A DNA stretch of 64,000 nt, taken from the NCBI RefSeq assembly GCF_963676685.1, contig NC_092346.1, forward strand, positions 44,392,001-44,456,000, written 5' to 3'. Source of the DNA: Mytilus edulis (lineage: Eukaryota). A program made the position numbers and the translations under genes. Numbering within the stretch: position 1 is the first letter of the stretch; each line of letters opens with the position of its first letter. The notes under the pieces were generated by a model. It was given only the letters and a program-made list of their open reading frames with translations, was not told the DNA's origin and made no database searches. Positions 25,962 to 39,300 of the stretch are shown piece by piece.

Positions 25962-28900
25962 TCAGATCTAATAAATTAGAAAGCCAAAATAAGTACAAAG
26001 TTGAAGTGCAGTGAGGACCAAAAATTCCAAAAAGTTTTGCAAAATACAGCTAAGGTAATCTATGCCTGGGATAAGAAAATCCTTAGTATTTTGAATAATT
26101 GATATTTTTTCAAACAGTAAATTTATGAAAATGAACATATAATTGATATTAATGTCAAAACCGAAGTGCTGACTACTGGGCCGGTGATACCCTCGGGGAC
26201 GAAACTTCCACCAGCATTGGCATCTACTAAATTGACATTAATAGATACATGTGGTCCATGACCGAGTTAAAAACTTAGACACTGGTACTGCCATAAAGTT
26301 CATTATAGCTACTTGTAAAGTGATAATTTTCGTTGTTCTTTATAAAACATTGCTAGAGTAGCATTTGGGTTCAGAATATATCTCTGTTAGAAGTATCACC
26401 ATAATGGGAAAAAACACAGGCACAGAAAAATCAGCGTTACAAACTAAAACTGAGGTTAAAAAACATCAGCTATAAGAGGAAAACAACGAAACAACAGAAA
26501 CACTGAAGTACAACAAAAAAACAGAACGACAATGCAACACACACCTGTCAGAAACGAACTATAAGATAACAACTGCCATTTTCCTGACTTGATACAGGAC
26601 AAAACCTCCCGCTTTTATGACATTGTTTGATTGATTGATTGTTGGTGGCTTAAAGTCCAGTGGCAAATATGTCATGCATATTCAGGACGATATGACATTG
26701 TTAAATATAACACTAAAATGATAACATTACACGACAGGACTACAGTAAAAATATATGCAAGAACATTACGGACAGAGAAATACACAAGTAAACATTACAA
26801 TAGTTCATTTCAACATGCTAATTACTATCAAAGGTACCATGCAGGCCTACAATCGAATACACCATACGCGTGCTTCGTCTACATAAGACCCACCGGCGAC
26901 GCCTAGATCAAAATAGTGAAGAAAGCCAAAAAAGTACAAAGTTGAAGAGCACCGATGACCCAAAATTCTAAAAAGTGCCAAACACGGATAATTTTATCTA
27001 TACCTGGAACAAGAAAATCCGTAGTATTTAAAATAATTCGTACCCTTGCAAACAGTAAATTTATAAAAAATTACTATACTATTGATGTTCATGTCAACAC
27101 CGAAGTGGAGACCATGCAACCACATAATAAAAACGAACTCGTAAAAAAACTAAGACAGCACATAAAACAGCGCAAAATAAAACCTGCATTGTCACACGAT
27201 GATAAAGTGGCGTCACAGGTAATTTAAAAAATGTTTGATATTGTTCAAAATCAGGTTTGTATTTTTTATTAATATAGAGACGCATAAAGGATCGTAAAAT
27301 CGATTGGCGAATAGTGTTACTACTCTAGACTGGAAGATTGACTATAGAAACTCTGAAACCATCGCGTTTTTCATTGGTACTAAAAAAAAATTCATTAATT
27401 CATTTAAAAATTACAAGTAAAATATTTGGACATAAAGCCAACCATCTAGTTTCAGTAAAGTGACCTTTGGTTTCATGTTCACAAGCTTAAATGAGATTTA
27501 TTTGCTCCCTGAATAAAGAGATAGTATTAACGAAAGAACATCGTCAGGATATCTGAAAGGAAAATTAGGAAGTTTAGAGGGTGTTTTTTTTTTAACTGTA
27601 TAGGCTTTTAAAAGACTGCTTTAGTTGAGTACAAGAACAAGTCAGATATGCAGTTAGTATTTTTCGAAATACTTGGGTTACCTTAGCTGTATTTGGGAGA
27701 AAAAAACTTCGTAAATTTTATGCTCTTTAACTCGGTATTGTTTTGGCTTAAAGACCATTTATTCGAGTGCCACTGATAAGTCTTTTGTAGACGAAACGCT
27801 CGTTTGGCTTACAGTATTATTTGCCTAGTATCTGCAATGCGTTAATTTAGTAGCATTATAATTATACCGAATTGTCAACTTGTCTGTGGAAACAAAAAAA
27901 AATCGTTGCCTCCTCGGTATTACGTCTTTAAAATAGAGAAAACGTTAATGCTTTATCCCTTCAGATATATATGTTATGGTTAATATGTTTATTTGCTCCT
28001 CCTTTTTATTTAATCGAACATATTGTATTTTCTTAACTTAAGAAACATCTCCAATATTTGATGTAAATGTGCATCTTATATCAAATTCTTTGAATATTTT
28101 CGTTGAGAAAACAGCAATCAATCAATCATATTGTTTTGCTTTAACTGACAGAGCAAAACATGAAACATGTTTTCCTTCCTGAAATTTTACATCCACAAAC
28201 AACAACTTTTCCTAAACTAGTGAGGTTTTGGAATAATTTTCAAAAAAAGTAAAATTACAAAAATACTGAACTCCAAAAAGGAAAGACCATTATCGAATGA
28301 CAAAATCAATAGCTCAAACACATAAAACGAATCATGTTCTTGAATTGGTAAAGGCATTTTCTTATGCAGAAAATGGTGGATTCAACCTAGTTTATAAGCT
28401 AGCTAAACCTTTTACTAGTATGACAGTAGCATCAATGCTTTGTGTCATTTTCAGCATTTTTTGTGATTTTTTTTTTCAAATGTTTCTACATATTTTAACA
28501 TTCTAGCCTTCAAAGTTCAGGAGTGAATATTCCTGATGAAATTAAATTCAGTAAAGTTCCTAGCTATGACAAAAGAAAATTATAGTGTTATTTTCAATAC
28601 CTAAAAGTGTCTTTCTTGTGATAGACAATTCATGATTTTGTGTTCTGTATAATTTTATAAGAAAGTTGTTTATTGTATAATAGATACCAAAACGCATTAC
28701 AAGAAAAAAAGCATATTCATTTCAACCAAATGAAGATAATTTCTATTGAAGAAGTTTCTATGTCATTAGTAATTCTAAATCATATGAATACAACGGTCAT
28801 ATGTTCCAATATTTTCAATACACTGTCAATAAGATGAGGTTGATGATGAACAATGAGACAACTATCCACCAGACTATGGCATTTTTTTATGTGTTGATAA

Positions 28901-29972
28901 CTATCTTCTACTTTATCTTCATATAGGTATCTATATCTACTCACTGTTTACCATTCTAGGTCAAATGAATGCAATAGATAACATCCATGTTGTCTTCTGT
29001 ACAAATATGTAATATAATTCTATGTCTCATAAATAAGATTAGTATGCATATCATCTGATTTCTATGTGTTTTAGAGAGAGCACCACTTAAAAATGAAGTT
29101 AATGCTTATATAAAATTGCATATTTACTAATTGTATATAAAAATATACATAATCATATTTTTTTTTAAATCTGTCCAATATAATTAGAATTCTATATGTA
29201 AGGGGGATAACCACAACTTTTAATATCAAAATGATTGTAAACCAATCATATTAAAATATTACCATCAAATATATCCAAAGGATAGATCAAAAGAAGATAA
29301 TAATTTGTTCAATGACCATGGTGTCTTACTCTATCCCTGAATATAGTGTCTACAATAGAAGGGGGAAGTATTTGTTTGCAAAATTTCGGAAACAAACTTC
29401 TGAGCAAATTCTTAATAATTAAAAAAAAAGACAGATTTATAATACATGTACTACATATATTCCCCATTTCTCATAGTCTTCACATTTTTTATGTCTGGGA
29501 CTGTTGTAGCTGAATAAATATATAGCTATAAGGTACAGGTTTTCTCATTGTTAAAGGCTGTAAAATGACCATTAATTGATTATCCACTTATGTGAACTCT
29601 AGAGGACAGTGGTCTCAATGGCAGTCATACTAAATCACCTTAATCTTAAAAAGCCATACATTATTTACTATCTCTGCAGATGCTATCTGCTTACTGATTC
29701 TTAAAACAAATCTATGGGCTATTAAATAAAAACTTAAGTACAGTCCAGACTTTTACTTCATAACAGGAGCAAAAAATGCATTTATATAATATAAATAAGT
29801 AATGTACAAATGTAAAATCGTCTTTTTAACATTTAGTATGCTGTAAAAGTAGGCATCAACTATGAAATGACATGATTTAAAAGTTTATAGCTGACACTTT
29901 CTGTTCACAACACTATTCAGTTATTTATCTGCTGTTTCTTGGCAGTTTATAAGTTTATAATTTATTTGTTAT

Positions 29973-32900
29973 TTAATCATCTTCTTCCTCTTCTTCTTCT
30001 GCCTCTTCCATTTCTTCGGGTTCAACAGCCTCTTGTTGTGCTTTACGGATCTGTCTTTCTTCTTCAACTGATGGATCTTCGATTTCGGTGATTTCAGCAC
30101 CACTTGGGAATTCTTCTTTAATTGGTGTGGTTTCTGGTGGACTGTAATTGTCTCTAGAGTATTTGTGTCCAGTGCCGATGTATACATTTTCAAATTTCCT
30201 GTAGACAGAAACAGATTGAAATTTATAAAACTGTACAAATAATTTATGGATATTTATTTCATCTTATTACTTAGTAATTAATATTATATTTTTAAAATGT
30301 GATAAAATTGGAAGTTTAACATTTCATTCTTTTTTTCTTTCATTCAAGTCACCAGCAGAAAATAGTTTTTATTAATTCTACATAAAATTCTTTGTAAAAT
30401 TAAAAAGAAATGACAACTTGAAACTAAAAATTCACAAGATAATTAGATTTAAAATCTAGTGATACAAAAATCCTTCTTCAGTATAGGTCAAAATAAAACA
30501 TTTAACCATGTTCCAAATACTTTCAATAAAACATTTACGGCTACAAAATCAGACTTACTTATCTGCGGCAAATGCATATGCTCCTGGCCATAGATTTGAT
30601 CGCATTACAGCACAGGCATACTGTGGAATGAGATTGTAAGAAAGTTTTGGTGTCCATGGTGGCATATCTCCAACTTCAGCATCCTCAGACAGAGGAGTGA
30701 GCAGTTCTGGACCTCTTTCTGGTTCTGGTTCATCTGGTTCCTCTCTTTCCTCTTCCTCCTCCTCATCCTCAAACTCATCCTGGTCTGGTTTAGCAGGTGG
30801 GAACCAGACACATCGACCCTGAAAGTCAAATAACAATCAATTATACAATTTGTTCAAAAACATAATAATGTAGGTCTAGAGTAAAGGTTAGGAAGTTTTT
30901 AACCCAACAACATTTAAAAAATTCAAAATCTAGAGGTAGGCATTCAGTTTTATTAATGTAAAAGTTGCCATAACATATAGCAAGCTATACATTTACCACC
31001 TCGTGACAAGGTGCCAATCAATTTTTCTGAGACTACTTCAGATCTAATATGAGCAAATGATCCAAATGACAAATTTTTTTAAAGTAACAGCAATCGTTAA
31101 TAAAGTTCCCATATTTCAGCCACAAAAGACAGAGTAACATTTCACTAAAAAAAATGGCAATTGTAAACCATGAAAGTGGTCAACTTTAGCAAAAAAACTA
31201 CTACACAAGTTTTGCATCATTAATTTGTTGCCATTTTCCATAATCTTACAATAATGTGTCTTTTTATTATCTACCCTTTAATAATGTTTACTTTAATCAC
31301 ATCTTTAATTGTGTGAATTGTTTACCTGTGGTAAGATGTGCTGTACATGGTGGACCCAGTGTGATAAAGACTGATCTACCAGATCTCTCATTGGATGGGC
31401 TTCATATTCAGGGTTAATGATGAAATTCTCCCGGCCTGTAAAACAGAATATAAAAAATATATTGACAATTTAGATCTTTAATTAATTGTGTTACAGACGT
31501 TACTAATAACTGGCAAACAATGAAATATTCACTGCAGAAGAGAAAACAACAAGATGGGCTTCAGTTTACTGTACCATGTATTGCTGCTGAAAACAGTAAA
31601 TTTCTACTGAATCCCTGCAGTATAAATATAAAGTTTCAATGTATAATTTGATGAATGCCAGACAACTGTAATATTCTGTGTTTTTTTCTTTTCAATGTTA
31701 GATATAAAGTCTATCAAGATAATTCAGAAAATTATTAAATGATATTATATCATATGTACATGTAAACAATATGATTTTTACTGAGTGCATTAGATATGAA
31801 TATCTGTTTATTTGATTATAGTCTCAATTATGGTATACAGTTACTTTCACCAAAAAGATTCCAGGCTTCATGTTAGCAAAATATCATAACTACGGTATTT
31901 CGGCCCATGGTGTAATTAAACCATGTAATACAAAATGGTTACTTACTGCCTCCTTCTTCTTCTTCCTCCTCCTCTTCATCAAAAATGTAGAATGACAGAG
32001 GTGAAATGTGTGTTCCAGCACTGATACGTGCAATCATAGCTCTCAGGTAGTTACATTCATTTCCTGGGAATGGGGGATAACTCACAATCTACAAGAGTAA
32101 ACAGACATTAATACAAGCAATCAGCCCATGTCACTGTCTTAGAATAAGATTAATTTTTATCAGACTAAAATACAATAAAAACAACATGTTTTCTTAATTA
32201 AGATTTAACCGATTAACATACTTTTTTGCCTTTTTATTAATCTGTGTAAACAATCCCTGTAAGACCCTGTTCATGTATGTACAATACGAATGTGCATGAT
32301 TTACTGCATATATTCTACTTAAATTTTAACTTACTGGAGCATCTAGTCGTCCTGTAAAGTATTTTTTAATATTTCTGGCAATGTGAATCTGTGCAGGTGT
32401 TACTGGTGGGAGTTTAATCCATGGCTTACCAGCTAAAATAGAAAAGATTGATTTGTAATGCATTTTCAATGTATATTCTATATTCAATATTGTTTAATAT
32501 AAAGCTATTGATAAAATGGAAAATCTAATTTATAATTATTACAGTACTTTTCAAACTTAACACTTATTAAATTGTTCTACTTCATTTTGCCAATATGGAT
32601 ATTTACATTTTTCTTAAAATTAAAATAATCTTAACGAACTGAAAAAGCTATTGCTATTTTCAAATGTATAGTAGCTTAATATTATTAGGTCAGGGAGAAT
32701 AAGGAGCAGAAAATAAATAACTTACGGTCATTGCACACAAAATATGTCTTTTTATTTGCACCAGATCTGTTTTCTTCTTTTGGTACTTCTGCTGGTGGTT
32801 TCCAGTCTGGTTTTGGGGTATCATCTTCCTGTTGTTCCTCTGTGAAAAAAAGATTTAATTTACCAGTGTACGAATTCAAAATACTTATAGTATAACTAAT

Positions 32901-35814
32901 CGCTGTATTTGAATATCAAAAATAAGACAACGCGTGACCGAACGACGCATGGATTAAACGAGTGCGCAGCACGAGTTTAATCCATAGCGGCGTTCGGTCA
33001 CAAGTTGTCTTATTTTTGATATTCAAATACGGCGATTAGTTATTCTTTTTATTACATTGGCAAATGGCTTTTTTTTTATGAAATTAATGTAGAAAATGTA
33101 AGGAACTATATCTTTTTCCTACGCATTGACAATTTGTTTTGATCCGACGTTATCGACGTCTTGACAACGCCTATTGTTGTATGACGTCAGAGGGTGAAAT
33201 AACCACGTTTATTTCACATGTGAAATTATCGGTTTTTATTTAACTGGGAAATCAATGTAATTCATTGCAACCAATGTAATAATACATTATATCCATGTTT
33301 ACACACATTTTATAAATTACATGCATGTATAAAAAAAATGTACATCACATTATCACTACATGTACATTTGTAATGTAAGCCTTTCGATTGGATTTCATCA
33401 GAAAAAACTTTGAAAAATAAATTGTATCTAAAATTTGTTTTCCTATAATCAATAATAAAACTTTTTATTTCCAAATTTATTTATGGCCAAAAATCAATTA
33501 TCATACATATCTTAGGTAAATGTACTTAATATTACAGTCATGTTTTCTCTCTAAGTGAAATAAGTAAAAGCCAAGATGTCATCTATCTCGTAATTAAAAG
33601 TTCTAAACGTTTAAAAAAAGGTTCTTTGTAAGCATTCAGATAGTGGATATGTAAATAATTAATACATAACATACCTTCTTCCCCATCTTCATCTCCTTCT
33701 TTTTCTGTTTCTTCCTCGGCATGAGCTTCTTCCTACAAAATTGAAAGAACTAATTGATAACTTTTATGATATTCTTCAGTTTTAAACAATCATTGGTTTA
33801 TAAATCCTTACTAGAAAGTGAAGGTCTAAATCAGAAATTTCTTTCACAAAACTATTCACTTGTAGTTAAGTGTACTTCTGGTTTTCAAGTTATCCAAACT
33901 AAATGTTTTTAACTGTTGCAGTATTGAAATTGGTAGCATTTGTTAGAGGCTAGTTAAAGCAGACCATATCTAAAGTAAGAATCCTTGGTTTTTTTTCTTT
34001 TTTCTTTTCTTGTTTTACAAATTTATACAAAAGTTGATAGACCAGTTTCATACCAAGCAGTGAAGCACTTCTGGCATTCAATGCATTGGGTATATAATTA
34101 ACTAACCTCTTCTTCCTCTTCATCTCCCTCGTCATTTCCTTCTCTATATTCTACCTCTGCTACATAAAAGTTCTGTTCTGTTCCAAATATTTTACCCCAG
34201 AAATGCACATGTTGTAATGGATAACGATCTACAAGGTCTTTTAATGCTAACCAAATACGCACAAGTTCTTCACGACCTAATCCAATGCCAGCTTGTTCAA
34301 AATAGAAAAAGTGATCCATCAAATTTGGTAGTGGTGTTTCAACCTCCTCATCTTGATCCTGGTCTGCATCTTCTCCTTCTCCTTTCTAAAAATCAGAAAC
34401 ACAAAATTAGTCTCAACTTTCATTTTTTTTTGATAGGTAACAAATAAAAATTATTCTCATTATTTGAATGCTAAAAAGACAGCTTGATAATAACTTGATT
34501 ATAAAAACATCTATATATATGAAATGTGGCTGAACACATTTTTTTCTATCCTGTTTTATCAAAAATATTAAAAACAAATCAATAAAAATGAAAAGTAAAA
34601 TTTAAATGAAAATATCCTCCTGTGTTTTCAAATATTAAAGTACTGTGAATCAAATGAATACCAAGTTTGGTTTGATACCTACCGAAAATAGTTTATGATG
34701 AATTTCAGCAAGAGCAACTTCTGTTGACTTGTCTACTTTGTCTTGAACTGTGTCAACTTTGGAATTAAACTTTGACCTTTTGACATCCCTACTGATGTCT
34801 TCAATAATGTCGGATGCATTTTCTGGTCTTTCATCAAGTACTTTTGCCAAGACACAACTCAAATGATCATATCTGAAAATAATAATATTTATTACAGACA
34901 GCTGTTATTTAATATAACTATATACCAAACATAGACTACTAAAACATTTATGAATGTGGTATTCGAAAAGTATATAGAAATAAGAACATGTAAAACGAGG
35001 TCACGCAAATCTTACTAAAGTATCCTAACGTGAATACAAATTTATGTGGGATATGATGCAAAATGAAAAGCCTTCATACATCTTAAATTGTATGGTATAA
35101 ACAATTCAAGAAAAGTAGTCTACATAAAAAAAATATTAATCACAGTCCAAAAATCGTTCGTAATTCACTAATTGCGTCCGGTGAGGCTAACATGTACATG
35201 TATAATGTTTTGTGTAAAAACTTTCCACAAATGGTGTTATACAAAAGGTTCATAATACACAATTTGTAGCTATCTACATGTACATGTATCTCATAAAATA
35301 TAATAACACATTTAAAAAAATCTTTTGTTTTCTCTTGATGTAAACATGTGCAAAAATGTACAAAATGTATAATACCATTAATTTGGTTGAAATTAAATGT
35401 AAATTTCAGGGGGATAAATATAACTTGTGTTTGTATCTTTAGAAAATAAGTATGCTTCACAACAAATACATCAACAAAAATAAATAAACCTGTGACACTC
35501 AAATGGTAAGAAGTTGATGAGAATTCCCCAAGTAATAATTGATCACAATATGCATGATATGTTTTACAAGAAATTTAATTTAAAAGATATTATTTACATG
35601 ATTTACAAACAGCTAAAACATAAGAAAATGATTCAAGTCTAGTAAAAAGGTCTATAAATTCATCTCGTATTCAAAATAAAGCAAATATACACAGATAAAC
35701 TTACAAATTTGTTCCCGTGTCTGTGCTTGAAGTGAGAAGATATGATTTTGCACTAATAAATTGTTGGTCCTTCGGGTTCATGTTTAGTTCCGTGTTTGCT
35801 GGTGTTGTAGTCAT
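29973..35814 (-). CDS. RSPH4A: Radial spoke head protein 4/6 homolog, 528 aa, 10 exons
   Basis: Exons 35814-35705, 34872-34683, 34385-34107, 33732-33675, 32839-32726, 32432-32335, 32088-31947, 31435-31326, 30818-30559 and 30198-29973 (1587 nt, GT-AG, in phase). Hallmark motifs: [99 protein letters not shown], and an acidic C-terminus. Probably co-orthologous to vertebrate RSPH4A and RSPH6A. Confidence 0.96.
32892..33282. mobile_element. Intronic element with a 152-nt hairpin plus a second short IR pair
   Basis: Hairpin at 32892-33043; IR ttattacattgg (~33049) / ccaatgtaataa (~33271). Confidence 0.75.
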
Positions 35815-36399
35815 CTTGGAATAATGGGAGGCTTATCCTCCTTTTACAAAATGACGGTAATTTAGACCAAAAATGGTGTTGTTACGTCTCTACTTGTTGC
35901 CAAACTACCACACTACATCGACAGTGAAGTCGTCAAGGTAAATACACAAATTTGCGTAAAATTTATTAAACGTCACTTCCGGCCCAATTTCAATGACATA
36001 TTACACACTACCCGGGCACTTGCAGATTTGTCAACAAACTAGGAATTGGAATTTACGAGTTCTTCCATATTTCAACTACTCAAAAACTGTCCACAATTTC
36101 AAAAATCAATACATATAATATTCATAAATGAATTGGCACAGTAAAGTGTGCCAAACATATCTTTTTAAAGTTTAATGGGGCGTTTCCATTGTGCAAAAAG
36201 TGAAATGTACTGATGAAGTTGACATTTCCTTTTTTTTTTAAGTATACACATATATACTGTTAAATGGTATTTTAATTTAATTGAGAAATTAAACGAGTTT
36301 ACAGTTTCCAACCGGGAACAATGAAGGACCCTTAATATTGATATGACTAATCAAAAAAGCATGTGCATATTAGTAGTAAATACAAAATAATGAAATAGT
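35815..36399. promoter_or_regulatory. Bidirectional promoter region RSPH4/6 - SAV1
   Basis: Divergent start codons only 585 nt apart; locally CpG-richer; ETS/CRE-half composite CGTCACTTCCGG at 35971-35982; RFX half-site GTTGCC at 35896. Confidence 0.7.
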
Positions 36400-39300
36400 A
36401 TGCTGTCAAAGAAAAAAGAATCATCATCAGGTATCAACGATGGTATTGCAGGGAAATATGTCAAAAGAGACACACCTCCTATGCTCAGAAGTAAGTTACA
36501 CAGTGTTTCTGCTAGGATTTGTAAATAGAGGGGGTATATAATAAAAACAACACTTAAGTGATGTTTGTGTATTCACCCATTAAAAGGGTCATTTACTAGA
36601 AACTTGATCTGTTCCCCTTGGTTAAGGATCACACTGGCATGGGTCTTTATGCTAAGCTTTGATTTTAATTTTATTTTATAGCCTTGTTACATAATGTTCA
36701 TTATTTGAATAGATTTAAATATTTATGTTCATTATTTTCCTTTGATTTGCACTATGGTGTACATACATACAAAGGTATTCAATATGTGAAAGAGCTAAAA
36801 ATCCATTTCCATATTAAAAAAAGTGGTCAAAACAAACTAGAGGTAAAAGAAGCATATATATAGCTGCAAAACAAATGCCCTCTTACTTTACTTTTAATAT
36901 TAAAAAAAATACTTTTCATTACTAATTCGCTTATTAATGAAATCAAGGAAACTTTACTACACATGTAGTAATCACAATTCTTTATTACAATCAACAATCA
37001 TTTAAAGTAATTCTAAATAAAAATTAAAGTATCAATGAAGTGTATTAATGCTTCAAAAATAGCCATCAATTTTTAAATATTTTCTATCATTGTCTATCTG
37101 TTTTTAAGAAATATATATTTTCTTCAACACTAACTATATTAATAAATGGATAAAGTCTTGATCTATTAAATTATAATAATTAGAATATATATATTTTTTT
37201 AAATAAAAGTAGGGCAAAACAGACTCTGTGGGTGAATGAAACCAGGGCATGGACCTGATACATCAGCACCCATTTACTACACCACCTGCACATGTTAATT
37301 TTATTATGGCCTATGAATCTACCAGCTAATACACAATAATTACTTTACAATACTAATGATGAAAAGTTCCACAATCATATGTTTCTTGAAAATTTATAAC
37401 AGTGTATATCAATGTTTAGCATTTGCAGAGTAGCAAATGAATTTCCATAGGCTGAGATTATTGAAATTAAATGTTAAATATGTTTATTATGGTAATTTAA
37501 TCAAATCCTGTAGTTAGCAGGTACATTTAGCTTGTCTTAATTAAATCAGGTATCTTTAATTATGTGTTAAATATTAATCATCTAGTGAATGGTTGATGAT
37601 TAGGGAGAAATAGTTTATTTTCAATTTCATTGTAAGAAAATTGGATTTTTTTAAATTGTTTAAACCAGACACCTTCTTGTTAAACTACTGAAAAAAGTGA
37701 ATTTGGATATTTATACAAGTTTTGAAGGGGAAAATTAATTAAATCATTGGCATATCATTTTTTTCTTCTCATATGTATATTCACCATATTTGGATTTTTT
37801 ATTGCAAAAATGCTAGTGTAGATTTTTATAATTATAGCTTAATTGAAATTATTATATGTAGGACTACATCACTATTCCAAATCACAAAATGACAAAACAA
37901 TTTGAAACTTATAGTATTGACTGTACATTGTATATAACCCTCTTTAATAAAACAAATATCATATATGTATGCAGATTTTGCATGTTATACCTAGGCCTCT
38001 ATTTGAATTTTTTGAAAATTGAGTAGAGTTTTAAACATCAAATAGATATTGTTCATCTGTTAACACTGATTTTATATCTGCTTTGGAAAAAATTGATAGA
38101 TCAGGATGACATGCATTACATTTATGTGCATTTGGGGATTAAATTTTTTACTTTTGCACAAAGCTTTTGATAAAAAAAAATCCCACATTCATTTTACAGG
38201 TTACATGTCAATAAGTTCCTTTTTTTTAATTTACAAAATGCACTTAAAAAAAAAAATCCAAAATAATATGTTAACAAATTTTTTTTAACTTTGCAGATTA
38301 TCACACACCTGTACGTCAAACTGTCAGACGAAGTGTAAAAACTCCAGCGTTTTACGCACCACAACAAGCAGCGACAAATTTAATATCCTACAGACCTCCA
38401 AGTGTACATCCACCACCGACAAACCATGATCTCCGTAACTTTCCACAAACACAACGTCCATCTAGATTACCTAGTCAAACATTTGGTCATCTGTCAACAG
38501 GTATACAAAACCTAAACATATCGGAGAGGAATGCTCAAACAGGATCAAATAGTTCGTTAGAGACTGGATCAGAAAGTGGTCAGTCTTCATCATCTGGATA
38601 CCAATCAGGAAACACTGGTGTCAGGAAGTTGTCTGGAAATGTTCCAAATTTGGGGACGGTCGGAGAAGGTAACTTTAAAATTATAACGCAAATTGAAAAT
38701 CCTACAAACAGTTGACTTCTATATTTTTAAGAATTCAGGTCTTTTGTAGAATCTTAGTGGGTTGTTTCATTTTATATTTTTAATCAACCCTGTTAAATTA
38801 ACTATCCAACTTAGCATATACATGTGTTCAAATGTAAAATGTTTTGGATCTTATTGGTGTAAATGTTTTGTAAATTTCCAAATATTAAAACAAAACAGAT
38901 ATTTTTAAATTATTTTCCTAAATTACAATTCATAATCATTGAAAAATCATATTTAGAAATGCGAGAAAAACAGACATACTCATGATTTAGAAAATCAATA
39001 ATTTTTCCAGGGGAGATAATTTATCTGAAAATGACTACAAAGCAACCCATTCTTATATAAAAATAAGGAGATGTACAGTAGAATGATTGTCAATGAGACA
39101 ACTATCCACCAGAGCTCAAATGATGTTAATATAAGCAAGTATCGGTCACCATAATGCCTTCAACAATGCAAAAAATATATGGTATACTAGTCCTCTATAA
39201 AAGACTCTGTCTGACATTAAAAATTTTAAACAAATCAAACGAGAAAATTTACAGCCTAACAAAACAATTTATGAATAACATGAACCAACAACAACCACTG

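Larger units (their letters stand above)
25535..26225 (-). mobile_element. Retrozyme-like tandem repeat (about 1.9 units of 358 bp), each unit carrying a type I hammerhead ribozyme
   Basis: Direct repeats start with ggtaccagg at about 25538 and 25897. The predicted cleavage-site C residues at 25566 and 25924 are 358 nt apart. Confidence 0.85.

Noticed and set aside
35881-35910. Full RFX X-box for the ciliary gene
   Set aside because: Only a GTTGCC half-site is convincing, so it is not called as a complete site.
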